Shown here one piece after another: positions 43,178 through 50,577 of a stretch of 64,000 bases of DNA. This DNA is from a virus (lineage: Duplodnaviria; Heunggongvirae; Uroviricota; Caudoviricetes). Every line of letters begins with the position of its first letter. Within the stretch, counting starts at the first letter, position 1. The stretch lies in IMG/VR virus record IMGVR_UViG_2513237141_000003, positions 1-64,000 of that record. One strand, given 5' to 3'. The notes under the pieces are model-generated. The model was not told where the DNA came from and searched no databases. It saw only the letters and a list, made by a program, of their open reading frames with translations. The position numbers were made by a program, and so were the translations under genes.

Positions 43178-43339
43178 TCAGTCGACTTCGAGAATGATCG
43201 GCTCTCGCGAGGCGGCGACGCTGAGCTTGAACAGCTCGGCATCGCTGTAGCGGATGAAGCGTCGGCTGGTGGCCAGGACGTAGTGCGTGCCGCTCTTGGC
43301 GCGGCACAGCACCATGTAGACAGCGCTGGTCTTAGCCAT
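43178..43339 (-). CDS. hypothetical protein (53 aa)
   Basis: coupled. Confidence 0.35.
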   Translation of the reverse strand: MAKTSAVYMVLCRAKSGTHYVLATSRRFIRYSDAELFKLSVAASREPIILEVD

Positions 43340-43556
43340 GGTAGTCGTCGTGGCAGGACTTGGAGCAGAACAGGCCGAGGTGATCGTCGCGGCGCCCGGC
43401 ATCGTTCTCGATGTAGTAGCCGTTCAGGTAACGTCGGCCGGTCTTGGTCGCGCGGGTGCTGCCGCACCATTTGCAGGAGCCGATCGCATTCACATAGACG
43501 CGGAAGCTGTGCAGCTCCTGGCGCGCGAATGGGTCGCGGGAGATGAGGCGTGACAT
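43332..43556 (-). CDS. zinc-binding hypothetical protein
   Basis: CKWCG...CSKSC. Confidence 0.45.
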   Translation of the reverse strand: MSRLISRDPFARQELHSFRVYVNAIGSCKWCGSTRATKTGRRYLNGYYIENDAGRRDDHLGLFCSKSCHDDYHG

Positions 43557-43795
43557 CAGAGCACCTCGTACTCTGAGATGTCATAGTAGCAGTGCGCCTC
43601 GCCGTATTCGTCGGCCAGCAACTCCACTGCCGCGGCCATCTCCTGCTCGGTTGAGACGAGTGGCCTCCCTTTGTCTTGTTGCATGATGTTGACGCACACC
43701 ATGGCCTCGGCGACCGCCTTCTCGCGTGTGGCGCACACCTTGATGATGATTCCGGGCACCTCGTAGTGCTCGGCCTGCATGAGGTAAACTTTCAT
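43556..43795 (-). CDS. hypothetical protein
   Basis: cassette upstream. Confidence 0.5.
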   Translation of the reverse strand: MKVYLMQAEHYEVPGIIIKVCATREKAVAEAMVCVNIMQQDKGRPLVSTEQEMAAAVELLADEYGEAHCYYDISEYEVL

Positions 43796-43799
43796 TGAT

Positions 43800-43832
43800 G
43801 GTCTCCTTGGTGGTGCCGTCTGCGAAACGGCG
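43800..43832 (-). promoter_or_regulatory. hairpin-SD cassette
   Basis: gccgtCTGCGAAacggc. Confidence 0.6.
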
Positions 43833-43839
43833 GGGGTGG

Positions 43840-44190
43840 TTACTCGTAATGCGGACGCGTCTCGGGGTAGTGCTTCGGCGAGTGGCCGTTGTGGACCTCG
43901 GCATAGTATTTGCCGGTCGAGAGCACGCTGCCGATATCGCGGCGGCCGACATTGACGGTTTCGTCGAGCAGCGCCTGCAGGCTGGCGCACCATGCGTCGG
44001 AGGATTTCTCGTCCGGCTTGACGGTGAGCAGGTATTCCGGCTCGATGCCGTCGAGCGCGTGGTCGACGCGATCGCCGCAGTTGTAGTACCAGCCACCTTC
44101 CTCGGGGCCGCCGTAGGCGCGATCGACCAGATAGATGGCGACGGTCCAGAACGGGGCCGGCGTCGGTGGGCTTTCGATTTCTTCGGTCAT
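43840..44190 (-). CDS. hypothetical protein
   Basis: GGGAGA SD inside the upstream micro-ORF. Confidence 0.5.
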   Translation of the reverse strand: MTEEIESPPTPAPFWTVAIYLVDRAYGGPEEGGWYYNCGDRVDHALDGIEPEYLLTVKPDEKSSDAWCASLQALLDETVNVGRRDIGSVLSTGKYYAEVHNGHSPKHYPETRPHYE

Positions 44191-44270
44191 TGCTGTCTCC
44201 CATAGTGCAGCGCGCAGAGCGCTGCGATCGAGATGAATGTCATGGTGAGGATGAAGGCGCCGGCGATCAT
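44187..44270 (-). CDS. 27-aa hydrophobic micro-peptide (MIAGAFILTMTFISIAALCALHYGRQQ)
   Basis: ATGA overlaps at both ends. Confidence 0.35.
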   Translation of the reverse strand: MIAGAFILTMTFISIAALCALHYGRQQ

Positions 44271-44461
44271 GTCGCGCCTTCATTGGCTTCACGTCGCTCG
44301 GCAATCTTGAGTCGGGTCTCAAGCTCGAAGCGGCGGGCGTTGTATTGATAGGTATCCCGGTCCAGCCCGCCGTTGAACGGCGAGATCTTGCGGATGCCGA
44401 GCACGCGCATCGCGCTGCGCAGCTCACGGAGCTGGCGGCGCAGATCCTTGGTTTCACTCAT
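44267..44461 (-). CDS. hypothetical protein (64 aa)
   Basis: CAAGGAGG SD. Confidence 0.45.
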   Translation of the reverse strand: MSETKDLRRQLRELRSAMRVLGIRKISPFNGGLDRDTYQYNARRFELETRLKIAERREANEGAT

Positions 44462-44604
44462 CCGCGCCTCCTTGCGACACGGTCGGCCAGGGCGAGCGCG
44501 CAGACGCCGCCAAGGCGGCAGGATGCGTTGAGGCAATCGGCGATGGCGTGCTTGCGGTCGTCGCAAAAGTCGGCGGGGTTGGGTTTCTGTGTGGTGGGCT
44601 GCAT
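44458..44604 (-). CDS. 48-aa Cys-containing protein
   Basis: GGAGG SD; ATGA overlap; not in ORF track. Confidence 0.4.
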   Translation of the reverse strand: MQPTTQKPNPADFCDDRKHAIADCLNASCRLGGVCALALADRVARRRG

Positions 44605-44607
44605 CGG

Positions 44608-44955
44608 TCAGGCCTCCACGCAGTCGGCGATGGCGCGGTCTAGGACCTTAAGGACGTTCGCGTGCCGATCTGCTAGCGGCCGCATGCTGGCGTATTCGTC
44701 GTTAACCCGCATCGGGCTCAAGCCGAAAAGCGCTTCGGATGCCGCCCCGATCGCATGTTCGGCGCCCCAGCTCGAGCCGCCTCCGTCAAGTCGATTGATA
44801 CGGTCCACGGCGCCCAGCAGGCACCACGCGCACGCTCTCTCGCTCTCCGGTGCGACATGCTCGCCATCGTCGTCGATGGCGTAGGTGCCCTGGGTCCAGT
44901 GTGCGATATCAGCGAGCAGCGTGCGGGTTTCGATCAGAATTTGTTTGATATTCAT
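44608..44955 (-). CDS. hypothetical protein
   Basis: cassette upstream. Confidence 0.5.
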   Translation of the reverse strand: MNIKQILIETRTLLADIAHWTQGTYAIDDDGEHVAPESERACAWCLLGAVDRINRLDGGGSSWGAEHAIGAASEALFGLSPMRVNDEYASMRPLADRHANVLKVLDRAIADCVEA

Positions 44956-44961
44956 GGCTTT

Positions 44962-44997
44962 GGTCTCCTTGGGAAGGGGCCGCCTGCGAAGCGGCCT
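44962..44997 (-). promoter_or_regulatory. hairpin-SD cassette
   Basis: ggccgcCTGCGAAgcggcc. Confidence 0.6.
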
Positions 44998-45009
44998 TGG
45001 TGGTGGGGA

Positions 45010-45366
45010 TCACACCGGATCGAAGGCATCCGGGTTGCGGGAGATGAAGTTGCGAAGTTCCGGCGTTGGGAATCCGAGCGCATCCTGCTCGCGGACGAAA
45101 CGCCGCTCTTGACGGCGGTCACGTCCGCGGTCGGTCTTGGCGAAGGGTGCCGGGTGATGCGTGAAGCGGTGGTCGGTCGCCACCTCGCAGGCAACGACCG
45201 TGAACACGGCCCAGCGCCGTCGGCGCGGCGGCAGCATGGAGCGGCGCGCCTGATCGGTGGCGCGATCCTTGGCCATGTCCTCGTTGTAGGCGAGGACGCG
45301 GAGCTTGAGGTCGCCGCCGCCATAACCGAGGCGGCGCACGGTGACGTCATAGGCGGTGATGGTCAT
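45010..45366 (-). CDS. hypothetical protein
   Basis: ORF. Confidence 0.5.
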   Translation of the reverse strand: MTITAYDVTVRRLGYGGGDLKLRVLAYNEDMAKDRATDQARRSMLPPRRRRWAVFTVVACEVATDHRFTHHPAPFAKTDRGRDRRQERRFVREQDALGFPTPELRNFISRNPDAFDPV

Positions 45367-45369
45367 GGC

Positions 45370-45735
45370 TCAGTACCCCGCCCAATCACGCAGCGCACCG
45401 AACGAGCCGCCCCAGATCACCCGGTTGGTGTAGGACCGTCCGCGGTAGGTGAAGCGGTCGTAGACGAACAACACGCCATCGGCCGTGGCGTCATCGAACC
45501 AGTCGTGCGAGCGGGCCCAGGCGATCTGGTCGCGGGTGAGCTTTGTGCCGTGCTCGATCGAGGAGGCGGCCTTGACGAGCTCGTCCATCGGCAAGAGCTT
45601 GACCATCTCCTGCTCAAGGCGGGCGATCTCGGCCCATTGCTGGCCGGTCTCGGCGGTGCGCTTGAGGAACTCGATCCGCTCCTCGAAGGCTGAAATCTGG
45701 TCCTCGATCGAGAGGACCGGTGCGTCGAATGTCAT
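45370..45735 (-). CDS. hypothetical protein
   Basis: cassette upstream. Confidence 0.5.
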   Translation of the reverse strand: MTFDAPVLSIEDQISAFEERIEFLKRTAETGQQWAEIARLEQEMVKLLPMDELVKAASSIEHGTKLTRDQIAWARSHDWFDDATADGVLFVYDRFTYRGRSYTNRVIWGGSFGALRDWAGY

Positions 45736-45739
45736 TGCT

Positions 45740-45780
45740 GGTCTCCTTGGGTGTGGGGTTGAGCCTGACTGCGATCAGGT
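45740..45780 (-). promoter_or_regulatory. hairpin-SD cassette (loop CTGCGAT)
   Basis: cctgaCTGCGATcagg. Confidence 0.5.
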
Positions 45781-45969
45781 GCGAGGCGGCAGGACGTCGA
45801 GCCAGCCGGCGAAGCGGCTGTAGCGCTCGGGCCGTAGCTTGATGAGCGCGGCCAGGTCGTCGCGGGTCATGGGATTGGTCTTGTGGGTGACCATCTCCAT
45901 GAAGGCGAGGTTGCTATCCGCCAGACGGCGGCGGGCGGCTTCGTACTGCTGAAGCTGGGTGAGGGACAT
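45775..45969 (-). CDS. hypothetical protein
   Basis: coupled. Confidence 0.45.
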   Translation of the reverse strand: MSLTQLQQYEAARRRLADSNLAFMEMVTHKTNPMTRDDLAALIKLRPERYSRFAGWLDVLPPRT

Positions 45970-45970
45970 G

Positions 45971-46141
45971 TCAGCTTCTCACCCCAAGGACTTGGAGGCT
46001 CGCGCAGCGAACGGTGGTGTCATACAGAGCCAAGAAGGCGTCGCGGAGTTCGCGGGCCTTTTCTTCGGTGTGGCACGGGAAACGAAACCGTGAGCCGTGC
46101 TGCATCAGAATGACGGTCGTTCCCTCAATCTTGACGTACAT
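45971..46141 (-). CDS. hypothetical protein (56 aa)
   Basis: GGGAGG SD. Confidence 0.45.
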   Translation of the reverse strand: MYVKIEGTTVILMQHGSRFRFPCHTEEKARELRDAFLALYDTTVRCASLQVLGVRS

Positions 46142-46152
46142 GCTCGCCTCCC

Positions 46153-46221
46153 TCACTTCTTGCCGTTGCGGTAGGAAGCGAGTTCGAGCTTGCGGAGGAG
46201 GATGATGACTTTCTTGGACAT
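46153..46221 (-). CDS. 22-aa basic micro-peptide (MSKKVIILLRKLELASYRNGKK)
   Basis: dedicated cassette; its stop lies in the next gene's SD. Confidence 0.35.
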   Translation of the reverse strand: MSKKVIILLRKLELASYRNGKK

Positions 46222-46223
46222 GG

Positions 46224-46258
46224 TGGTCTCCTTGGGGTTGAACCGTCTGCGAAACGGT
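46224..46258 (-). promoter_or_regulatory. hairpin-SD cassette
   Basis: accgtCTGCGAAacggt; 22-aa peptide gene. Confidence 0.6.
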
Positions 46259-46328
46259 CGTGCATAAGCGCACGCTGGAGCGCCGCCATCAGGCGACGCT
46301 CGGACTTGCGCTCTTGGGTGTGGGGTAA

Positions 46329-46634
46329 TCAGTCGCGAACCGGCCAGCCGCGCTCGGCGGCGGCGTGCTTGGCGAGGGCGATGTGATAGGGCGTGACCCC
46401 CTTGCGCTGCTCGAAGCATTCGAGCAGCGTCACGCCCTCGGCCGGCGTGTGCAGGTGTCCGCGCTCTTTCGTCACGGCGACGGGCCAAGTATCGGCGATG
46501 CCGACAACCTTCTCGCTCTCGATCACGAGGATGTCGCCGGTCTCGACTGGGTACTCGCCGTCGAAGGCGTAGTGCACTCCGGTCTGGCAGGCATCGTATG
46601 CGTCGCCGGTCGTGCGGAAGGTGTGGGTGCTCAT
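46329..46634 (-). CDS. hypothetical protein
   Basis: cassette upstream. Confidence 0.5.
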   Translation of the reverse strand: MSTHTFRTTGDAYDACQTGVHYAFDGEYPVETGDILVIESEKVVGIADTWPVAVTKERGHLHTPAEGVTLLECFEQRKGVTPYHIALAKHAAAERGWPVRD

Positions 46635-46640
46635 GGTCGT

Positions 46641-46673
46641 GGTCTCCTTGGGGTTGGCCTGACTGCGATCAGG
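46641..46673 (-). promoter_or_regulatory. hairpin-SD cassette (loop CTGCGAT)
   Basis: gcctgaCTGCGATcaggc. Confidence 0.5.
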
Positions 46674-46878
46674 CGTTGAGCTTGGCGACTTCGGCGTCGA
46701 TGTGCGCCTGCGTTCCGCCGGTGGTGATGATCTTGGTGTTACCCTTGGCGTATTGTTCGCCATCGACGATGTCGTCGCGCTCCTGCTTGACGGTCTCAAG
46801 CTCCCAGTCGCCGAAGTGGATGCACCAGGGTTCGGTCTTGCTCTCGCGGACGAGGAGCGAGTGATACTTGCGGGACAT
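46669..46878 (-). CDS. hypothetical protein
   Basis: GGGAGG SD. Confidence 0.5.
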   Translation of the reverse strand: MSRKYHSLLVRESKTEPWCIHFGDWELETVKQERDDIVDGEQYAKGNTKIITTGGTQAHIDAEVAKLNA

Positions 46879-46889
46879 GATCGCCTCCC

Positions 46890-47243
46890 TCAGCCGCGAC
46901 CGTAGGCGCCGCGGCCGCCGCCCTTGCCCTTACGGCCCTTGCTGTTCGGGTACTTGGCCGCGTACTCGCGCTCCTCGCGCTCCCAGAGCTTGTCCTCGAC
47001 CTTCTCGTTTTGCTTGAGGATCGCGTCGTAGAGCTGATTCAGCTTGGTCCCCCAGGCGAAGTGGTAGCTGCAAACGCGGCGGGCGAGTTCCTCGCGCACG
47101 TCCAGGTCCTTGTAGGTCTTGCACGGCATCGCCTTGATCTTGAGCATCGTCTTGATCGCGGCCTGCTCTGCCGCCTTGGTCACGGCGTCGATGGAGGCGT
47201 CGGCTTTCTTCATGGCGGCGGTAACGGTCTTGAGGTTCAACAT
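46890..47243 (-). CDS. hypothetical protein
   Basis: SD 10-mer upstream. Confidence 0.5.
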   Translation of the reverse strand: MLNLKTVTAAMKKADASIDAVTKAAEQAAIKTMLKIKAMPCKTYKDLDVREELARRVCSYHFAWGTKLNQLYDAILKQNEKVEDKLWEREEREYAAKYPNSKGRKGKGGGRGAYGRG

Positions 47244-47271
47244 TGTTGGTCTCCTTGGGTGTGGGGTGAAA

Positions 47272-47577
47272 TCAGGCGGCGACGGGGATCAAGCCGAGGG
47301 TGATCGCCCGGAGGATGGCGCGCTCGTTCTCGCGGTTCTGGAAGTTGATGTAGGTCCGGGCGGAGCGGCGGTCGGCGAAGCGCTCGCCGTTGACCCAGAA
47401 GCCGACGGCTGATCCGTCAGTGCGCTCGATCATCCAGATGCCATCGTAGTTGATCGAGGCGGTGACGGCGTTGCGGATCGCGTCGGCTTGGTAAGCCCAG
47501 AGCGTCTGACGAACCTGCGTCTCGTTCTTGGCGGCGACGTTGCGGAGCGAATAGCGGGCATCGGTGTGGCGTTTCAT
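47272..47577 (-). CDS. hypothetical protein
   Basis: cassette upstream. Confidence 0.5.
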   Translation of the reverse strand: MKRHTDARYSLRNVAAKNETQVRQTLWAYQADAIRNAVTASINYDGIWMIERTDGSAVGFWVNGERFADRRSARTYINFQNRENERAILRAITLGLIPVAA

Positions 47578-47580
47578 GGT

Positions 47581-47631
47581 CGGTCTCCTTGGTTGCAGGC
47601 ATGAAAAAGGCCCCGCTGCGAACGGGGCCTA
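47581..47631 (-). promoter_or_regulatory. hairpin-SD cassette
   Basis: aggccccgCTGCGAAcggggcct. Confidence 0.6.
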
Positions 47632-47654
47632 GTTGGAAGGGCGGTGGCAGCAGA

Positions 47655-47843
47655 TCAGGCGCCGGTTTTGATCTCGGTGCCGTTGGCGAAGATCGAGACG
47701 ATCTTATCGCCGGAATGAACGAGAAACACGCCGTTATACCGGCGTGAGTGTTTGGCGGCATCCTCTTTGGCCTGCCGGATCGAGCGGCGCGGATGGGTTT
47801 CGAGTTCGCCATCGCCAGCGAGATGGCTGATTTTGATTTGCAT
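47655..47843 (-). CDS. hypothetical protein (first gene of the leftward block)
   Basis: cassette upstream; adjacent to the 1-kb control region. Confidence 0.5.
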   Translation of the reverse strand: MQIKISHLAGDGELETHPRRSIRQAKEDAAKHSRRYNGVFLVHSGDKIVSIFANGTEIKTGA

Positions 47844-47847
47844 GATC

Positions 47848-47906
47848 GGTCTCCTTGGTTTGAGGCGTAGAACGGTGCGGCGAAACATGCGCCGCACTGC
47901 GCTACG
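47848..47906 (-). promoter_or_regulatory. SD 10-mer + long nested palindrome
   Basis: ggcgtag..gtgcggcgaaacatgcgccgcac..ctacgcc. Confidence 0.45.
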
Positions 47907-48308
47907 CCTAGGGCCCGGTATATGACGGGGCCCTAGGGCATAGTGCGCAAAGCCCGGTTGCCCATTTGCGAAGCGGGGCCGGTTGCTACGAACAGCGCGG
48001 GAAACCACTGCAACGATGCGGAGGCCGATGCTTAATGAAGCGGGGCCAAAATGCGGGTGCAGTACCCGACAAGCCTAGACGGTGCTGTAAGCCTTGGCCC
48101 CATGCTGCGAGCGCAGACGGAGAGGCAAGCCACTATGCTTTGGACACCGGTGCATTGCCTTTTGTTTGAGGAGGCATTGCGCACCCGACCCGAGGCGGGA
48201 CTCTGCAAGGCTAACAGCGACTAGCTTGCTGTTAGGGCCATTCCGAGTAGGGGCGCAGTAGCGCAGGCCGGGCACTGCCAAGAGGCAAGCCCTTGGCAAG
48301 GGAGAGAA

Positions 48309-48360
48309 TGCACCAAGATGGTGAAAAACGGAAGCGAAAGTTTGCACCGCTTTGGTGCAA
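48309..48360. promoter_or_regulatory. two operator-like sites: TGCACCA-aga-TGGTGAAAAA and perfect TTGCACC-gcttt-GGTGCAA
   Basis: within the 1-kb control region between the divergent gene blocks. Confidence 0.45.
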
Positions 48361-48439
48361 TATATAGAGAGTGCCCTATTTTGGCCTAAGCCTTTGAAAT
48401 TGCTAGGTTTTACCCCAAAAACAGGCCCAAAACCGCCCA

Positions 48440-48735
48440 AAGGGGCCCCAAATTGGCCCCACACCCAAGGAATGGGCCCGGCCGGGCCCCGATAGAGCAG
48501 GGGACCCGCTACAGGGGCGGAAAGACCGGCGGCGCTAGGCAAGGCAGGGCCCGGGAAACGGCCCTATTGGGCCCGCGCTAGGGCCCCAGAGCTACCCCAA
48601 AATGGGCCCAAAAACGGGCCCCAAAAGATGAGCTGGCGAGGGGCCCCTGCGCCCAGGTACGCAGGGGTAAACAGGGAACGGCCCGAAACGGGGCCCATAG
48701 GCGGGAAGGCTGATTCGGGGCCCCAAAAGGGCCCG
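48440..48735. repeat. GGGCCC-rich cluster (about 12 copies, often GGGCCCCAAAA units) in the divergent control region
   Basis: e.g. tgggcccaaaaacgggccccaaaag; ttcggggccccaaaagggcccgcaa. Confidence 0.7.
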
Positions 48736-48744
48736 CAACCCCAT

Positions 48745-48985
48745 AGGGGACATTTGGCCCCGTAAGGGGACAACGAGACAGAGCGCGGAACGCCAAGGGG
48801 ACATTCGGGGGACATCGGCCTTTCGGCACCATGTCCCCTTCAACGGCGCCATTAGAGAAATCAATCACTTAAGCCCGTTATCGGAATCCCGACATCGGTC
48901 CCCGGCACCAGCCGTCCCGATGTCCACGTTCCCAGTCGAATGTCCCCATGTCCCCAAAGTGTCCCCTTTCGATGTCCCTTTAATG
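48745..48985. repeat. GGGGACAT iteron field: about 4 forward copies then about 6 inverted copies
   Basis: ggggacattt, ggggacaacg, ggggacattcgggggacatcg | atgtcccc x3, atgtccac, gtgtcccc, atgtccc. Confidence 0.7.
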
Positions 48986-49585
48986 TTCTGGCTGAGGACT
49001 CGCGACGCAGCTAACATCCTGATCCGCATGGCGGATATCGCGCAGACATTGGCGGCGGACGTTCTGGAGGCATCGGGGCTGTCGTGCCTGTATGCCGAGC
49101 CAGGCGCAGGAAGTGTGCGGATCACCATCGGCGGCATCGCTGCGCGCAAGAAACCCGGCACAAGGCTCTGGCTTCGCTCGCAAAAGCAGGCCGAACGGGT
49201 ATTGGCCGAGTTGATGGCCAGTCACCGCGAGGCGCGCAAGAACGCTCGTGGCGGCCTCTTCGTGGCCGCCGAGCCCGAGATGGTCGAGAAGATGCTGCGG
49301 GTGTGCGCCGGCCGCCTCGGGTATGCGATCTCGCCCGATGAGCACCTGGACGTCACGCTGTCCTCGCTTCAGAAGCGGATCGGCAAAGCCATCGACGCCC
49401 TGCAGTCCACCGGTCAGATGAAGAAGCTCAATCGAGAATATGCCGCGCTCCGAAAGGGGACATTGCTCGGGGACATCAAGGGGACATCGGGGACATCGTT
49501 ACCATCGTACTCCGAATGGCTGGTCGATCGGCTCAAGAAGCAGCTTCCGGCCTACACCAATCTGGCGAACTTCACGATTTTGTGA
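48983..49585 (+). CDS. hypothetical protein; its gene is embedded in GGGGACAT iteron arrays
   Basis: start uncertain (48920/48983/49028); four iterons lie inside its 3' coding region. Confidence 0.45.
   Translation: MFWLRTRDAANILIRMADIAQTLAADVLEASGLSCLYAEPGAGSVRITIGGIAARKKPGTRLWLRSQKQAERVLAELMASHREARKNARGGLFVAAEPEMVEKMLRVCAGRLGYAISPDEHLDVTLSSLQKRIGKAIDALQSTGQMKKLNREYAALRKGTLLGDIKGTSGTSLPSYSEWLVDRLKKQLPAYTNLANFTIL
49447..49497 (+). repeat. GGGGACAT x4 direct, inside the coding sequence
   Basis: ggggacattgctcggggacatcaaggggacatcggggacatcg. Confidence 0.7.
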
Positions 49586-49842
49586 TCAAATCTGAAACAC
49601 AAGCAATATCATCAAGTTGATATCGATTTTCGTCGTCGGTCCAAATTCATTGCGGAAAATCAGCATTGATCTCGGGCGGAAAATCGGCTCTACACGCGCC
49701 TGCGCCACGTCGACAAGTGTGTCTTGAAGGGTGAGGCGAGCTCAAGCGAGCCTCAACCCAACTCTCAGACATCTGACAAGACTGGGTGGAGAAGGTCTCT
49801 TAGAGATTCTCCATAGCGGCGCCTTCCTCACAAGCCAAGCGA

Positions 49843-49895
49843 TGTCCCCGACCCGGCAATGTCCCGGGGGCCGGAAGAGGACATGTCCCCCTTGG
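49843..49895 (-). repeat. GGGGACAT-family x3 inverted (incl. GGACATGTCC palindrome)
   Basis: gatgtccccgacccggcaatgtcccggg...gaggacatgtccccc. Confidence 0.6.
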
Positions 49896-50148
49896 CAGTG
49901 GGTGAAACTCTTCAACCGATCAGGGCCTCGCGCGGTGACGCTTGTGTTGGTCTCGCGTCCTGCGACCGCTCGACTAGTCCTGTTCGATAGGGAGGCCCTG
50001 AGCTTTTGCCTCCAAGCTGCGCTCGGGGTCTCCTTTGAAATCTGAACCGGGAATTAATTCCGGGTCAAAACCTTATGGCCGATTCTCAATCGGCAAAAAT
50101 TCCCCAACCCCACATCGTTGATCCCCCAACGTAGTCGGAGCCCCACCG

Positions 50149-50577
50149 ATGACTGACGTCGATTACTCGCGAGGCGGCGACGGCCCGAACCTCGGGCCCG
50201 CGACCGATCCGTTCAATGGCGACCAACCCACGGTGGCCTCGCCGCGCGTCGGCCGCATCGTCTACGAGCCGAGTCACGGCCCCGCGCATGCCGCTCGCGC
50301 CGTTGGCAGCGAGACGCCCAACTTCATCTCGACGGTCGGCGGCCGGCAGCAGGCCGAGCCGGCGCCCGATCCGATGCAGTCGCGCCAGGCCGAGGTCGCC
50401 AAGCTGATCGAGGAGCGACGCTTGCGCGATCAGTTCGCGGTGGCGGCGCTGCCGACAGTGCTTGAGTTCGCGATCGGGGCGGACGTGGCGGCTGAGCGCA
50501 AGCCAGCGATCATTGCGACGACCGCCTACGACATCGCCGACGCCATGCTCGCCGAACGCGCCAAGAGGTCGACGTGA
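50149..50577 (+). CDS. hypothetical protein
   Basis: ORF. Confidence 0.5.
   Translation: MTDVDYSRGGDGPNLGPATDPFNGDQPTVASPRVGRIVYEPSHGPAHAARAVGSETPNFISTVGGRQQAEPAPDPMQSRQAEVAKLIEERRLRDQFAVAALPTVLEFAIGADVAAERKPAIIATTAYDIADAMLAERAKRST

Noticed and set aside
3270-47906. Interpreting the conserved hairpins as rho-independent terminators of the preceding gene
   Set aside because: No U-tract follows them on the transcribed strand (except the plus-strand reading of 24510); they are always positioned relative to the downstream SD, not the upstream stop.
3270-47906. Interpreting hairpin plus 10-mer as per-gene promoters for a phage RNAP or sigma
   Set aside because: Conserved parts are only a 7-nt loop and a 10-mer that contains the SD; variable spacer and stem are incompatible with a fixed promoter geometry. 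Not fully excluded.
47880-48400. tmRNA/ssrA or tRNA-like integration target inside the control region
   Set aside because: No tRNA-like acceptor/T-arm or tag-peptide reading frame recognisable.
47966-48542. Track ORFs inside the 1-kb control region (67 aa plus strand, 155 aa minus strand)
   Set aside because: Overlap palindromes and GGGCCC repeats; Pro/Gly/Ala-rich with no start context; region interpreted as regulatory or ncRNA.
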